The notes under the pieces: model-generated
Databases searched by the model: none
Told to the model about the DNA's origin: nothing
The model's input: only the letters and a program-made list of their open reading frames with translations
Part shown: positions 11,526 to 22,875 of the stretch, piece after piece
Numbering within the stretch: position 1 is the first letter of the stretch
Layout: each line of letters begins with the position of its first letter
Translations under genes and position numbers: made by a program
Source of the DNA: Torpedo marmorata
Taxonomy: Eukaryota
Reading direction: 5' to 3'
DNA: 64,000 nt
Assembly: GCA_977017645.1 (NCBI GenBank)
Contig: OZ360226.1
Location: 37,758,001 to 37,822,000, forward strand

Positions 11526-14029
11526 AAGATCAGTCCAAGTATTCAAGCTATGAGCTCTTGCCAAATTATTTTTTCTGTATTTAATTGTAATAATCTCTGG
11601 GGAGGGGGGGGTAGTGCAAATATGTGTTTAATAAAAATAAGATAAGAAGCAGGAAGAGTGTTGAGTATTTTGACATCGATTGCATTTGATGCTTCATTTA
11701 ATTTTTTTTCACAAAGAGTTGCCCAAAGGCCCTCAAGTGCTCTGGGCCCTCTGCCATTTTCCCAAATAATCTGGTGACCATTCCAAGCACTCTCCTCTAC
11801 CCAGATTGGAACTTGAACTGGTCTGGATGGGTTGACACAATTAATACTAAACAATTAAATAAAAATAGAAAATTGTGAAAACATATAGGTAGCAGCTGCA
11901 GAGAAATATAGAAAGTTTAAATAGGTTAACATTATTCCATGTGAACTGGGGTATCTCCTGGTGTGAAACACCCAACTAGTTCCAGCCCAGCAATCAGAAA
12001 TATTTTTCACAAGGTATGTCAAGAAGAGCTGGCCAGCAGTGAAAACTGTGCTGTGTCTCAAGAAACCTCCCAGCACTTTGGACTCCCCTGGCAGTGATTC
12101 CTGGAAACAGGGCATTCTCAGTCAGAAAATACTTCTGATCCACTATCACTTCCCTACTCAGGGAGCAGAAATATTTTTATGTTATGTATATGGTCTGTGC
12201 CATTAATGGGAGACCATCTGAGCACATGCTTATTGTTAATGACTGCCTGCATTTGTGGAAAGCTGCCAATGCCAGCTAAGTACACGAACTCATCACTGTA
12301 CAAGCACAGTGCCTGGGGGGAATCCCACCTGATGCTGCGATAAATTTTGGAGAGATTGCAGAAATTAGCTGCGGCCGCTGGGAAAAAACTCCGTGCTAAA
12401 GAGGTTGAGAGTGAAGGTGACCTTGACATTCACAGGCAGAGCAAGCCAGGCAGCAGAACACTGTGGAAATTCTTTCCACAATGATTCACATATTCTTGAG
12501 GACATCCTCAAAAAACCTAAGCCTGCAAATACACAGTTCATCAGGGAGGTCCAAGTAGGATGTAGCATTTCTGAAGAAATTGCTAGGAGACTGTTTGCAA
12601 ATGAGCAAGTCTTTGCCTCCTGCTCTATGGCCCCAAATCCGTGAGGAGTCAGTCAAGGCAATAACAATGTCCTGGTAATGGAGTACTGGCAGCAGAGCCA
12701 TCAATGAGATGACTATCTCAACAGCAAAGCAAATTATTAGTTGTACACACTGTAGTCTTTGCAAAGTATCTGAGCAGCTTGCGGTCAGTCCAGAAGCTGC
12801 CCTCTCAGCAGAATCTCCTTTTAAATTGACAACTGCAATGACACAACATACTCCCACTAATTCCGTGACAGTTTAATGAATGTCAGAGATTGCAGCCAAC
12901 GGCTCCCATACAGTCAGAGAGGGAGAAAACATATGCTCTGTGACTCAACATCATGAGCTGAACAACTGGTGCCAGAAGAAAGTTACACGTTGGAAAATGG
13001 ATGGTCTGAGGTAATTTCCTGTTGGGTACACTTACATTTGGAAATGACAGCTATCGCACCCGAACCTGAGTTAAGTTGCCATCTGCAAATAAATAAAAAG
13101 TGTCCCAATGGATCCATTTTCTTAGATCTAAAGTTTATTTTTTATATAGTAATTCATGCCCTAAAATCTACCAGGCATGAATAGAATTTTTAGTATTTAT
13201 GAGATCCTGCAAATGCACTGACTTTTGGTTCTTTTCCAACAGGCAGCATCCCTGAACATTGGGCGAGCTGGAGCCTGTGTGGTGGTTGTCAAGATGTGAC
13301 AACGCAGTCATTGCTTGAAGCTTTCTCTTCGATTACTTTGAACTGGTATTTGTAACTTACTTCTGCATTCTACATTCTCACCAGCAATCCATGGAGCCTC
13401 ACTGCAGGTTTCAAGGTTCATCTTTTTACCACCAAGAAGCATCAGCTTGATTGAAATAATTTGAGAGTGCTGGTAAAAAAAAAAAATCTGAAACAGCTGT
13501 GGACCAACTTAAATCCTGTGTAACAATCAGCGTGACCAATGCAAAACAAAACAGAGAATGCTTTCAAGAAATGTTACATTAAAATTTTCAAATGTATTGA
13601 AGCTAAATCTTTAGAATTGCCAATACATCTGCAGATCACCCGAAGCACTTAAGTCAGAAAACTCTGAATTCAGTATTCAACATTTAATAGATTGAGTCAA
13701 CCATGGAGAAATTGCCACATATCAAATTGGGAAGGGAAAAGATCACATCTTCTCATGAAAAATGAACTTTTGTGGAGAATTGTCCAGAAAACATTCCAAA
13801 TGAAACTTGCATCACCAAAAAAAAAGTCAAGCACATGACAAATTTCTATAAGTCTCTTGGTAATAACAATGAATAAATACTGGAGATTATTGGTAAAATT
13901 GTGGATTATTGTTGAAATCCTTGTCTTTTTTATTCATTGTTATTATTATGGCACTCATGTATGTTGCTGCCAAGGCATCAATCATTTTACACTTGTGTCC
14001 AAAGCTCTGTAGTTATTATGTGAGACAAT

Positions 14030-15098
14030 GCTGCAGTTTAGTTTGCAACACTCATGCCTCTGAATTAGAAGGTTGTAGATTTAAGTTCATGAAGAAACTT
14101 CCAAGCACAACAATCTGAGCTAATTCTTCAGTGCAGTACATAAGGAGAGCAGCAACATTGGAGCTGCTGTCAATTTTATAATGCGGGTACTCCCCGACTT
14201 ACGACGTATGCGACTTACGTCCATCCGCACATACGACCAAAATTTGTTTTTAAATATATAAGAAAAAATATAAAATTTACGTGGTTTATGTTGTACTTGA
14301 CAAACTATAACAGGGATACAGGACATGTCAGAGCCAAAATGTGCGTACTTACTTTGTTCGTTGGCGTCCCGGGGTCCATAGGCTGGGCGCGGCCATCTTG
14401 ATTCCTGTGCGCATGCGCGAGTCTTTGGTTGGCGCATGTGCGGTGGGTTTGCGTATTGGAGTTTGGTTGCTGCATGCACGGTGGGTTTGCGTATTGGTGT
14501 TCAGTTGGCGCATGCGCGAGAGTTAAGGGCGCGAATTCAATATCGTCAGGATGCTTAACTCTCGTGCATGTGCCAACCAAACTCCAATATGCAAACCCAC
14601 CGCGCATGCGCCAACCGAAGACTCGCGCATGCGCACAGGAATCAAGATGGCCGTGCCCAGCCTATGAACCTCGGGACGCCGATTAACAAGGTAACAAGTA
14701 AGCATGGACCAGAATGTGGAAAGATTCGCCAAGGTTGATCGACAAATTCAGGAAGCTTTAAGTTGTTATCGTCAAATCTACGATGCGCTGGCAAAATTCC
14801 GACTTACATCCATTCCGAGATATGACCGATCCTTCGGTCCCAATTACGGTCGTAAATCGGGGACAACCTGTATCTTCAAATATTTCACTTTGCAGCTAGA
14901 ATTGGACGATTCCATTTCAAGGGCAAAGGAATTGTCTCAGCATTTGTTTTAATTGTAACATGCTGGCTACTGTTGTAATTTGGCTACAGCTTTCTCAAAT
15001 CATGACAATGACTAAGATTCCAAAGCACTTAATTGGCTATAGCATTTTAGTGCAGGCTGAGATTGTGAACGGTGATGTATAAATGCATATCTTTATTT
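14030..15098 (+). repeat. Deu-domain SINE (SacSINE1/AmnSINE-like) interrupted by a DNA transposon
   Basis: cagtgcagtacataaggagagcagcaacattggagctgctgtc before 14180; 3' tail cacttaattggctatagcatttt...tataaatgcatatcttt at 15020-15098. Confidence 0.55.
14184..14870 (+). mobile_element. Non-autonomous Tigger/pogo-like DNA transposon with internal foldback
   Basis: TIRs cgggtactccccgacttacgac / gtcgtaaatcggggacaacctg; TA after 14870 (TG on left); transposase C-terminal-like remnant MDQNVERFAKVDRQIQEALSCYRQIYD at 14704. Confidence 0.8.
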
Positions 15099-15352
15099 AA
15101 AAGTCATTCCACCATAACAAATGGAGATGAGATAAATGACCAAATTCTATGCGTTTTGGAAGCAGAGGCAGATGGTTTCTTGTATCAAAACAGCATCTCC
15201 AGCAAAGCTTAAATATACACAGTATGCAGACTCACAAGTCAGTTGAGAGAGTCAAGTTGACTGTCAGTTATTGATAATAAAAACAATAAGTGACCCGAAG
15301 AATCTTTGAACAACTTGCTATTGCAACTTGATATTGCAGGACACAAAATTTA

Positions 15353-16303
15353 CCGTATATTTCGGTGTATAAGTCGACTCGCGGATAAGTCAACCCCCTT
15401 TTTCAGCCTAATTTTAATGGTTTTATTGTATATCCGGCATATAAGTCGACCCCCAATTTTCAGGCTGTCCGGGCCTCCCAGCAATAACAATTCAAAATTT
15501 GTTACAACACCCCAATCGCCAAGTAACAAAGCTGTAAATTAAGCAAGTAAGTAAAAAAAACCTTTGCTTCTGGCCGGGAAGATGCCAAACAGAGCTGGGT
15601 CCAAGTCTTCAGCTTCGGCTGCAGCCAGAGTCGGCGACGGGCGACTCCATTCTCCACATCGGGTGCGGTGCTGTCCTCATTGAAAAAGTCGCCTCGCTGC
15701 GCAAGTGTGCTCGGTGCAGGAACCACGGTACGTGTCGGCTCCCGAGCAGGTGCGGGGACTCATTCTCCTGGGCAGGAGTGGCGACGTCGTTCTCCCGAGC
15801 AGGTGCGGGGACTCGTTCTCCCGGGCAGGAGCGGCGACGTCATTCTCCCGAGCAGGTGAGGGGACTCGTTCTCCCGAGCAGGAGCGGCGACCTCGTTCTC
15901 CCGAGCAGGTGCTGGGAGCTCGTTCTCCCGAGCAGGTGCGGGGACTCCTTCTCCCGAGCAGGTGCGGGGACTCGTTCTCCCGAGCAGGTGCGGGGAGCTC
16001 GTTCTCCCGGGTAGGAGCGGGGACCTCGGGCTCTACCATTGTAGAATATCTGGGTGGTTTATGGCGGCACCCGGCGGTGAGAGGTGTCGGGGAGCGGCGG
16101 CGCCGGCGGTGGGGAGGTGCTTCCAGCGTCGACTTATACGCCGAATCAGGTTTTCAAGGGTCGACTTATACGCCGAATCGGCGTGGAGTGGTTTTTGAGC
16201 TGATTTTAAGGTCTCAAAAGTATATCTGGCGTATAAGTAGACCCCCGTTTTTTGAGAGATTTTTGAGGGTTTCAAGACTTGACTTATACGCCGAAATATA
16301 CGG
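15353..16303. mobile_element. Non-autonomous Tc1/mariner-superfamily (Tc2/pogo-type, CCGTA-ended) MITE
   Basis: TIRs CCGTATATTTCGGTGTATAAGTC / GACTTATACGCCGAAATATACGG; TA TSD on both sides; subterminal tataagtcgac repeats. Confidence 0.88.
15736..16030. repeat. GC-rich minisatellite (~24-25 bp unit, ~11-12 copies) inside the MITE
   Basis: Repeated ctcgttctcccgagcagg(tgcgggga/agcggcgac). Confidence 0.92.
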
Positions 16304-17359
16304 TATATATAATTAGAAGATTTCAGAGATGAAGAAGTGATAATATATTTTAGACTTTATTTGGTAACTCACTCAAAAGTATCAAAATCACTATTTGTGA
16401 ACAAGGAAGATCAGCATGCGTTCATTCTTATAATTCACTTTGCAAATCGCTTGGCTCATTACGTTGAAGTTTCTTAGTGTCACTTGAATGATAATAAGAT
16501 TAATTGGCTGACACCTCAGAACTGTGGAAGAAATCTCTCAAATATTGTTCCCCATGGTCTTCTTACTATATTAGTCCCCTTCTCAGAATTCAGAATATTT
16601 TACTTTCAAAATGCATTTCAGAAATCATATAAAATCAGAGAATTATAATCACCAGTATTTGCAGAGCCAGCATGTTGATGCCCAAAGTAAGGAGCAACTT
16701 GCAGTAATTGAATTATCAAGTCTAAATCATTCTTACTTTTATTTATTTTGTCTTAATGGAAATATTTATTTATATTTAAATGTAATCTATTTTATTTCTG
16801 CCTAATGGTTGATAAGAGAGATCGTGGAGGCTAATTATTTACTAATTATAAAATGCCATGCTCAGGATTGAAAAAAAAAATCAATGTACCAGATATTGTT
16901 TCTTCAACTTTATGGAATGTTTCATATATTCCCTACATTTCTTCCTTTATTCTCTCCCAAATCCCCTTGTACATATTTTAAGTATTCTCTCATCACAAGT
17001 CAGCATCTGTGTCATTGATTGTTGTCGTACATTGGAAGGAATTGGCATTTCTGCTAATGTGCATTGCTGGATAAAGAATAGGAGAGGAAATCCCTTGAAC
17101 CACTTCAATAGACTTCCTTTCGCCCAGTGTTAGTAATTTGAAAGAGTAATCCAATTAGTTCCTTTCCTCCAATCCATCTCTGCAAAATTTCCAATTCTCC
17201 CTTCTCTGTTGATTTTGCTCTCTGCAGACAGCCAGTGAAGTCCACAACATGATAACTCACTTTGGAAAGGAAAAGGCTCATTCTAATTTCTGGTACCTTT
17301 GCCAATTACTTCAAATCTGTGCAAAAAAGAAGAAAATAAAATCCTGTAAATACATGAAT

Positions 17360-17550
17360 CGTAAAATAAAAATGCCATTTACTGGAAACATTCAGCAGGT
17401 TAGACAGCATCTGTGGAAAGAGAGTTCATGCTCCAGGTCAAAGACTCTTCATCATAAAGGTTCAGTCTAATGAAGGCCTTTGTTCTGAACCGTTAATTGT
17501 TTCTCTTTCCACAGATGATTGCTGGTGTGTTGAGTGTTTCAGCATTTTTT
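17360..17550. repeat. Palindromic Penelope pLTR-derived element
   Basis: catctgtggaaagaga (17408-17423) is the reverse complement of tctctttccacagatg (17502-17517); arms resemble the pLTR tail at 4434-4535. Confidence 0.65.
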
Positions 17551-18179
17551 CTTCTTATTTATCCTAAATCTGTCCCCAGTCACTCGCTCTCTTACACACC
17601 AATGAAGCAGTTTTTCCTTATTTACTCAGTAAACACAATTCATGTTTGGTGATACACGTAAAGTATTAACAACCTTCTGGATAAATATAAGAAAGCGAAA
17701 TGCCAGCTGACTTTTTTGTCATAGCTCCAGTCCAGATATGTTGTCATCAATTTCAGCCCCTCATATGCAAACAGAGGAAAGCACAGATCAGGATTTTCCT
17801 GGTATGTATCCATTACCAAGGGCATTTACCTCTGGACCATGAAGGGAGTTACAAATACTTTTCCCTCGTTTTATTGTTGCTTTTCTTTTTCACCCATTTG
17901 TCTGTTTTTTAAACCTAAGCACAGAATTATCTCTTGATAGTAATGTTTACAACACTTTGTAGTTTTGGTGATGGCTCCCCAATTGTTCTCCTTTTTTATT
18001 TTGATTTGAGAGAAAATTGCAAAGTTGAGACTGTGCAAAAAAAAACCACTTGTGCACTGTCATCATGCACATTCATTTTTGCAGTGTTTCAGGTGTGGTA
18101 AGTTGGTGTATGACGGATGTGTATATAAACCTTGGAAAATATTAATTAGACAGACACATTGCCCACAAAAGCACAAGTA

Positions 18180-18446
18180 TTTTAAATTTAAATTTAAATT
18201 TTAGACATACAGCACGGTAACAGGCCCTTTCGGCCCACGAGCCCGTGCCGCCCAATCACACCCAATTGACCTACAACTCTCAGTACATTTTCGAGGGTGG
18301 GAGGAAACAGGAGCCCCCGGGGAAAACCCACGCAGACAAAGAGAGAACGTACAAACACCTTACAGACAGCGCAGGATTCGAACCCTGGTAGCGATCACTG
18401 GCGCTGTAACAACGTTGTGCTAATGGCTACGCTAACCTTGCCGCCC
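18180..18446 (-). mobile_element. tRNA-derived SINE (HE1/V-SINE-like)
   Basis: - strand starts gggcggcaaggttagc; B box gggttcgaatcc; V-domain-like core; CR1-like tail ending (tttaaa)n. Confidence 0.85.
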
Positions 18447-19070
18447 AATTATGTGACACTGCATTAAAAGACCAAATAAAAACTACACATGAAGCCATTA
18501 AGTATCAAGCTTGCCAAAAGGAGTTACGTAATTGTGCAGCAATCTAGCTGCAACATCTTTTAGAACACTCTGTCATAGCTTTTTCATTGGTCTGATAAAA
18601 TGTTGGAAGTATTTCAGCTTTGTCACATGCAAGAAATAGTATGAGAAATCCGTGAAATACAGCATGAATTAAACATATAAAATAGTGTGACTCTTTGTTC
18701 TTGTGTCCTGCTTGATAAACATGGTTCACCATCTTTAACATTGGCATCAATGAAACCACATACATTACATAGAGGAATGCAAGGATTGTGGAGATTCTGG
18801 ATGACTAGCATACAGAAAGAAGTTTCATCTAGGATGGAAAATTCAAATGCAATATTGCCAATGAATTGAATTGAAATTAATTGTTTATTGTTACATGTAC
18901 CAAGATACAGTGAAAAGACATGTCAATCCACACAAGTTAGCAGGGCATGCAGTAACAACACAAAAGTGTTGAGTGCAGTGTTACATGTTAAGTTAAAGAG
19001 TGCAGAGTATGGTGTTATAGACAAAATGCAGAATCCAGAGAAAAGTACTGCATAAGGCATTATATTTTAC

Positions 19071-20722
19071 CAACCATATAACATTTACAGCACAGAAACA
19101 GGCCAATTCGGCCCTTCTAGTCCATGCCAACACATTCTCCCACCTAGTCCCACTGACCCGCACCTGGCCCATAACCCTCCACACCTCTCTTGTCCATATA
19201 CCTATCCAACTTTTCCTTAAACATTAAAATTGAACCTGCATCTACCACTTCGGCCGGAAGCTCGTTCCACCCTCCTACCACCCTCTGAGTGAAGAAATTC
19301 CCCCTCATGTTTCCTCTAAATTTTTCCCCCTTCAATCTTAATCTATGCCCTCTTGTTTGAATCTTCCCCACTCTCAATGGAAAAAGCCTGTCCACATTGA
19401 CTCTATCTTTCCCCTTCATAATTTTAAATACCTCTATCAAATCACCCCTCAACCTTCTATGCTCCAGGGAATAAAGTCCCAGCCTGTTCAACCTTTCCCT
19501 ATAACTCAAACCCAGAAACCCAGGCAACATTCTTGTAAATCTCCTCTGCACTCTCTCTATTCTGTTTATATCCTTCCTGTAATTCGGCGACCAAAACTGC
19601 ACACAATATTCCAAATTTGGCCTCACCAATGCCTTATACAACTTCAATATGACATCCCAACTCCTATATTCAATACTCTGATTTATGAAGACCAACATAC
19701 AAAATGCTTTCTTCACCACCCTATCTATGTGTGACTCAACTTTCAGGGAATTATGTACCAGAATTCCTAAATCCCTCTGTTCTACTGCACTTCTCAATTG
19801 TCTTCCATTTAACATGTATGACCTTTGCTGATTAATCCTACCAAAATGTAACACCTCACATTTATCAGTATTAAACTCCATCTGCCATGTTTCCGCCCAC
19901 TCTTCTAACTGTCCAATATCCCCCTGTAAGCTTTGATATCCCTCTTCACTGTTCCCAACACCACCAATCTTTGTATCATCTGCATACTTACTAATCCAAT
20001 TTACCACCCTATCATCTAGATCATTAATATATATGACAAACAACAATGGACCCAGTACCGATCCCTGAGGCACTCCACTAGTCACCGGCCTCCAATTTGA
20101 CAAACAATTTTCCACCACTACTCTCTGGCATCTCCTATCCAACCATTGTTGAATCCATTTCACTACTTTGTCATTAATACCTAATGCTTGAACCTTCCTA
20201 ACGAGCCTCTTATGCGGAACCTTGTCAAATGCCTTACTAAAGTCCACATAGACAACATCCACAGCCTTCCCCTCATCAACCCTCTTAGTAACCTCATCGA
20301 AAAACTCTATGAGATTTGTCAAACATGATCTACCACGAACAAAACTGTGTTGACTACTCCTAATCAATGCTTGTCTTTCCAAATAACTGTATACACCATC
20401 TCTAAGAACACTCTCCATTAATTTACCTACCACCAATGTCAGACTCACAGGCCTATAATTTCCAGGTTTACTTTTGGAGCCCTTCTTAAGTAGCGGGACA
20501 ACATGAGCTACCCTCCAATCCTCCAGCACCTCCCCCGTGGCCAGTGACATTTTAAATATTTCTGTCAGAGCCCCCACTATTTGTACACTAACCTCCCTCA
20601 GGGTCCTCGGGAATATCCTGTCAGGACCTGGAGATTTAGCCACCTTTACACTCTTTAAAATAGCCAATACTACCTCCTCATTAATCTTTATATTATCCAT
20701 GACCTCACTGCCAGATTGCCTT
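19071..20722 (-). mobile_element. CR1 LINE, 5'-truncated, young
   Basis: Uninterrupted RT ORF plus CR1 3' tail (gcctgtttctgtgctgtaaatg). Confidence 0.95.
19144..20700 (-). CDS. CR1 ORF2 reverse transcriptase (C-terminal 518 aa; endonuclease lost by truncation)
   Basis: KSPGPD, NYRPVSLT, DFSKAFDKV, GVPQGSVLGP, YADDTK; no stops. Confidence 0.9.
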   Translation of the reverse strand: MDNIKINEEVVLAILKSVKVAKSPGPDRIFPRTLREVSVQIVGALTEIFKMSLATGEVLEDWRVAHVVPLLKKGSKSKPGNYRPVSLTLVVGKLMESVLRDGVYSYLERQALIRSSQHSFVRGRSCLTNLIEFFDEVTKRVDEGKAVDVVYVDFSKAFDKVPHKRLVRKVQALGINDKVVKWIQQWLDRRCQRVVVENCLSNWRPVTSGVPQGSVLGPLLFVIYINDLDDRVVNWISKYADDTKIGGVGNSEEGYQSLQGDIGQLEEWAETWQMEFNTDKCEVLHFGRINQQRSYMLNGRQLRSAVEQRDLGILVHNSLKVESHIDRVVKKAFCMLVFINQSIEYRSWDVILKLYKALVRPNLEYCVQFWSPNYRKDINRIERVQRRFTRMLPGFLGLSYRERLNRLGLYSLEHRRLRGDLIEVFKIMKGKDRVNVDRLFPLRVGKIQTRGHRLRLKGEKFRGNMRGNFFTQRVVGGWNELPAEVVDAGSILMFKEKLDRYMDKRGVEGYGPGAGQWD

Positions 20723-20759
20723 GAATGAGAGGTCCATTTAAATGGACCAATGAGAGGTC

Positions 20760-20867
20760 AATTTAAGACTGATAACAGCAGGAAAGAAACTGCCCTTGAA
20801 TTTGGAGGTTTGTGTTTTCAAGTTCATGCCTGACAAAAGGGAAGGGAAGAAAATGTGACTGGGATGG
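20760..20867 (-). repeat. Old LINE 3' fragment split by the ERV insertion (continues 35193-35560)
   Basis: Sequences flanking the ERV join across the GATGG TSD into one Rex1-like 3' region. Confidence 0.6.
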
Positions 20868-21939
20868 TGTAATGGGAGGGTCATGTGGCCTCTCCAATAG
20901 GCAAGAGATCGGAAGTGATCTCACCTGCCAATCAAGGGTTAGATATGCCCACCTGTGAGGCTGATGCGTGATTGGCCCTCACAGTTGATGTGTGATTGGG
21001 TTTCCTGGTGCCAATCAATGGTTAGATCTGCCCACAGGTGAGGCTGATGTGTGATTGATCCTCGCAGGTCACATGGACGGGCCCTGCATTGTAAAAGCCC
21101 ACCACGTGAAGCAGCTCTCTCTTTGCTGCTCCCTCATGATCATTGCTTTCTTTTTCAATATTTTTATTGGTTTCATCAAATAAATGTTACATAGGTACAT
21201 GACAATAAAATAAAGTATTAACAAATCTTATATAGCAATAAAAATGGTATTGAAACCTACGTTACATTAAAAATAAATTTTTTAAAAACACTATACTAAT
21301 TATCTAAATATCAATCCCCTCCCTTCGGAGGCTACTGGCTTAACACAAACAGTCCACTACTAATAATAAAAAAAATAAAGGTAAACATTGGGATCAAAAA
21401 CCAGAAACTAGTTAATCTTACAAATTTTGAAAGTAATTAAGAAAATAACCCCATAAAGAAACAAAGTTAAGATTCATTTCAGTAGTGGAACATCTAATTT
21501 TTTCCAAAGTCAGACATGCCATCATATCAGACAACCATGAGTATGAGTGGGAGGGACAGCATCTTTCCATCTCATTAATATGGCCCTTCTTGCGATAAGG
21601 GAGGTGAGGGCAACTACTTGGGATTGTGAAGCAGTCAATATCAAACCTGTTGGCCCACTTATTCCAAAGAGAGCAATAAAAGGATTTGGAGTCAAAGTAA
21701 TATTAAGAACTAAAGACAAGGTACGAAATACCCCTTCCCAAAAATTGGAAAGAGAAGGACATAACCAGAACATATGATAGAATGTACCTTCTTCAGTTAT
21801 ACATTTATCGCATTTAGAAGAGAAATTAGAATAGAATTTAGTCAATTGGACTTTGGAATAGTGGGCCCGGTGCACTACCTTAAATTGTAATAATGAGTGT
21901 CTAGCACAAAGAGAGGATGAATGAAACAAAGAGATCAGT

Positions 21940-22610
21940 TATTACAGAAGATGGATCAGATGGAAAATCAAAGCTGAAGGAATAATGTTAAAATACTGGG
22001 ATTACCTGAAGGTTTTGAATCACAAGAACCAACTCAATTTTTTCAGAATTGGCTTATGCAGATATTTGCTTTTGATCAAGCAGTGGAGCTGGAAAGAGCT
22101 CATAGAATTGGAAGACGGAATCAGATAGATCGGAGACCACGTCCTGTTTTGATGAAATGTCTTAGGTATCAAGATAGAGAAAGAATACTAAGATCGGCGA
22201 TTCAGAAATCAAGAGAGAATGGGGCTCCGATGATGATTAATGGTAACAGAGTGTTTTTTTATCCAGACCTAAGTCCAGTGGTGGTTAATAAGCGGAAGGA
22301 ATTTAATGCTACGAAGGAAATATTATGGCAGAAAGGTTATAAGTTTTCGTTTAAATACCCTGCGGCTTTGAGAATTCAAGATGATGGTGATAAATTTCTT
22401 TTGTTTATGGATCCCCAGCAAGCATTTCTTCATGCGCAAAATCTTCCACGTTTGGCTAGAAGCTTTAGCCTTACTCCGCGGCGGCAAGAGCAAGATCAAG
22501 AAATTCAACAAGGACAAGTTGTGTTGCCATCTGCTTCACCAAGAGAAGGAAATATTCTAGTTCAAGTTGAAGAAGAACAAGAAGAACTGGTTTTGGGAGA
22601 AGTTAATTGA
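21940..22610 (+). pseudogene. L1 ORF1 (RRM/CTD part)
   Basis: RNNVKILGLPEG; ELERAHRIG..RPRPVLMKCLRYQDRERIL; VFFYPDLS; FKYPAAL. Confidence 0.85.
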
Positions 22611-22875
22611 ATTTATGCTGTATAGATTTCTATTGATCTGTTGGGGGGAAGTGGACGCATTGGTACTTCTTCCGAAACAATCACCACCTTAGCGGCGAGA
22701 GCTGCTACTCGAACAATGGAGGGGGGTAACACTGGGATAGAAACACCAGTGTTTTTTTCAAGGGAATTTTTCTTTTTTCTATGTCTTTCTTTTACTTTAC
22801 TTGAGGGGAGAATAAGTAGAATGCAATTTAGGAGGGGAACGCTAGTGGACTTGATGGACAGAGAAAGGTTACAAT

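Noticed and set aside
12154-12857. Cluster of 67-123 aa ORFs in unique DNA
   Set aside because: No recognisable protein family, non-ATG starts, overlapping on both strands; kept only as a non-coding candidate
14120-14732. Mirror-image ORFs on both strands
   Set aside because: Artefact of the internal inverted repeat
15668-16316. Several overlapping ORFs up to 203 aa
   Set aside because: Stop-free translation of a GC-rich minisatellite within a MITE
18360-18446. tRNA-like A/B boxes
   Set aside because: Head of an HE1-like SINE, not a cloverleaf tRNA gene
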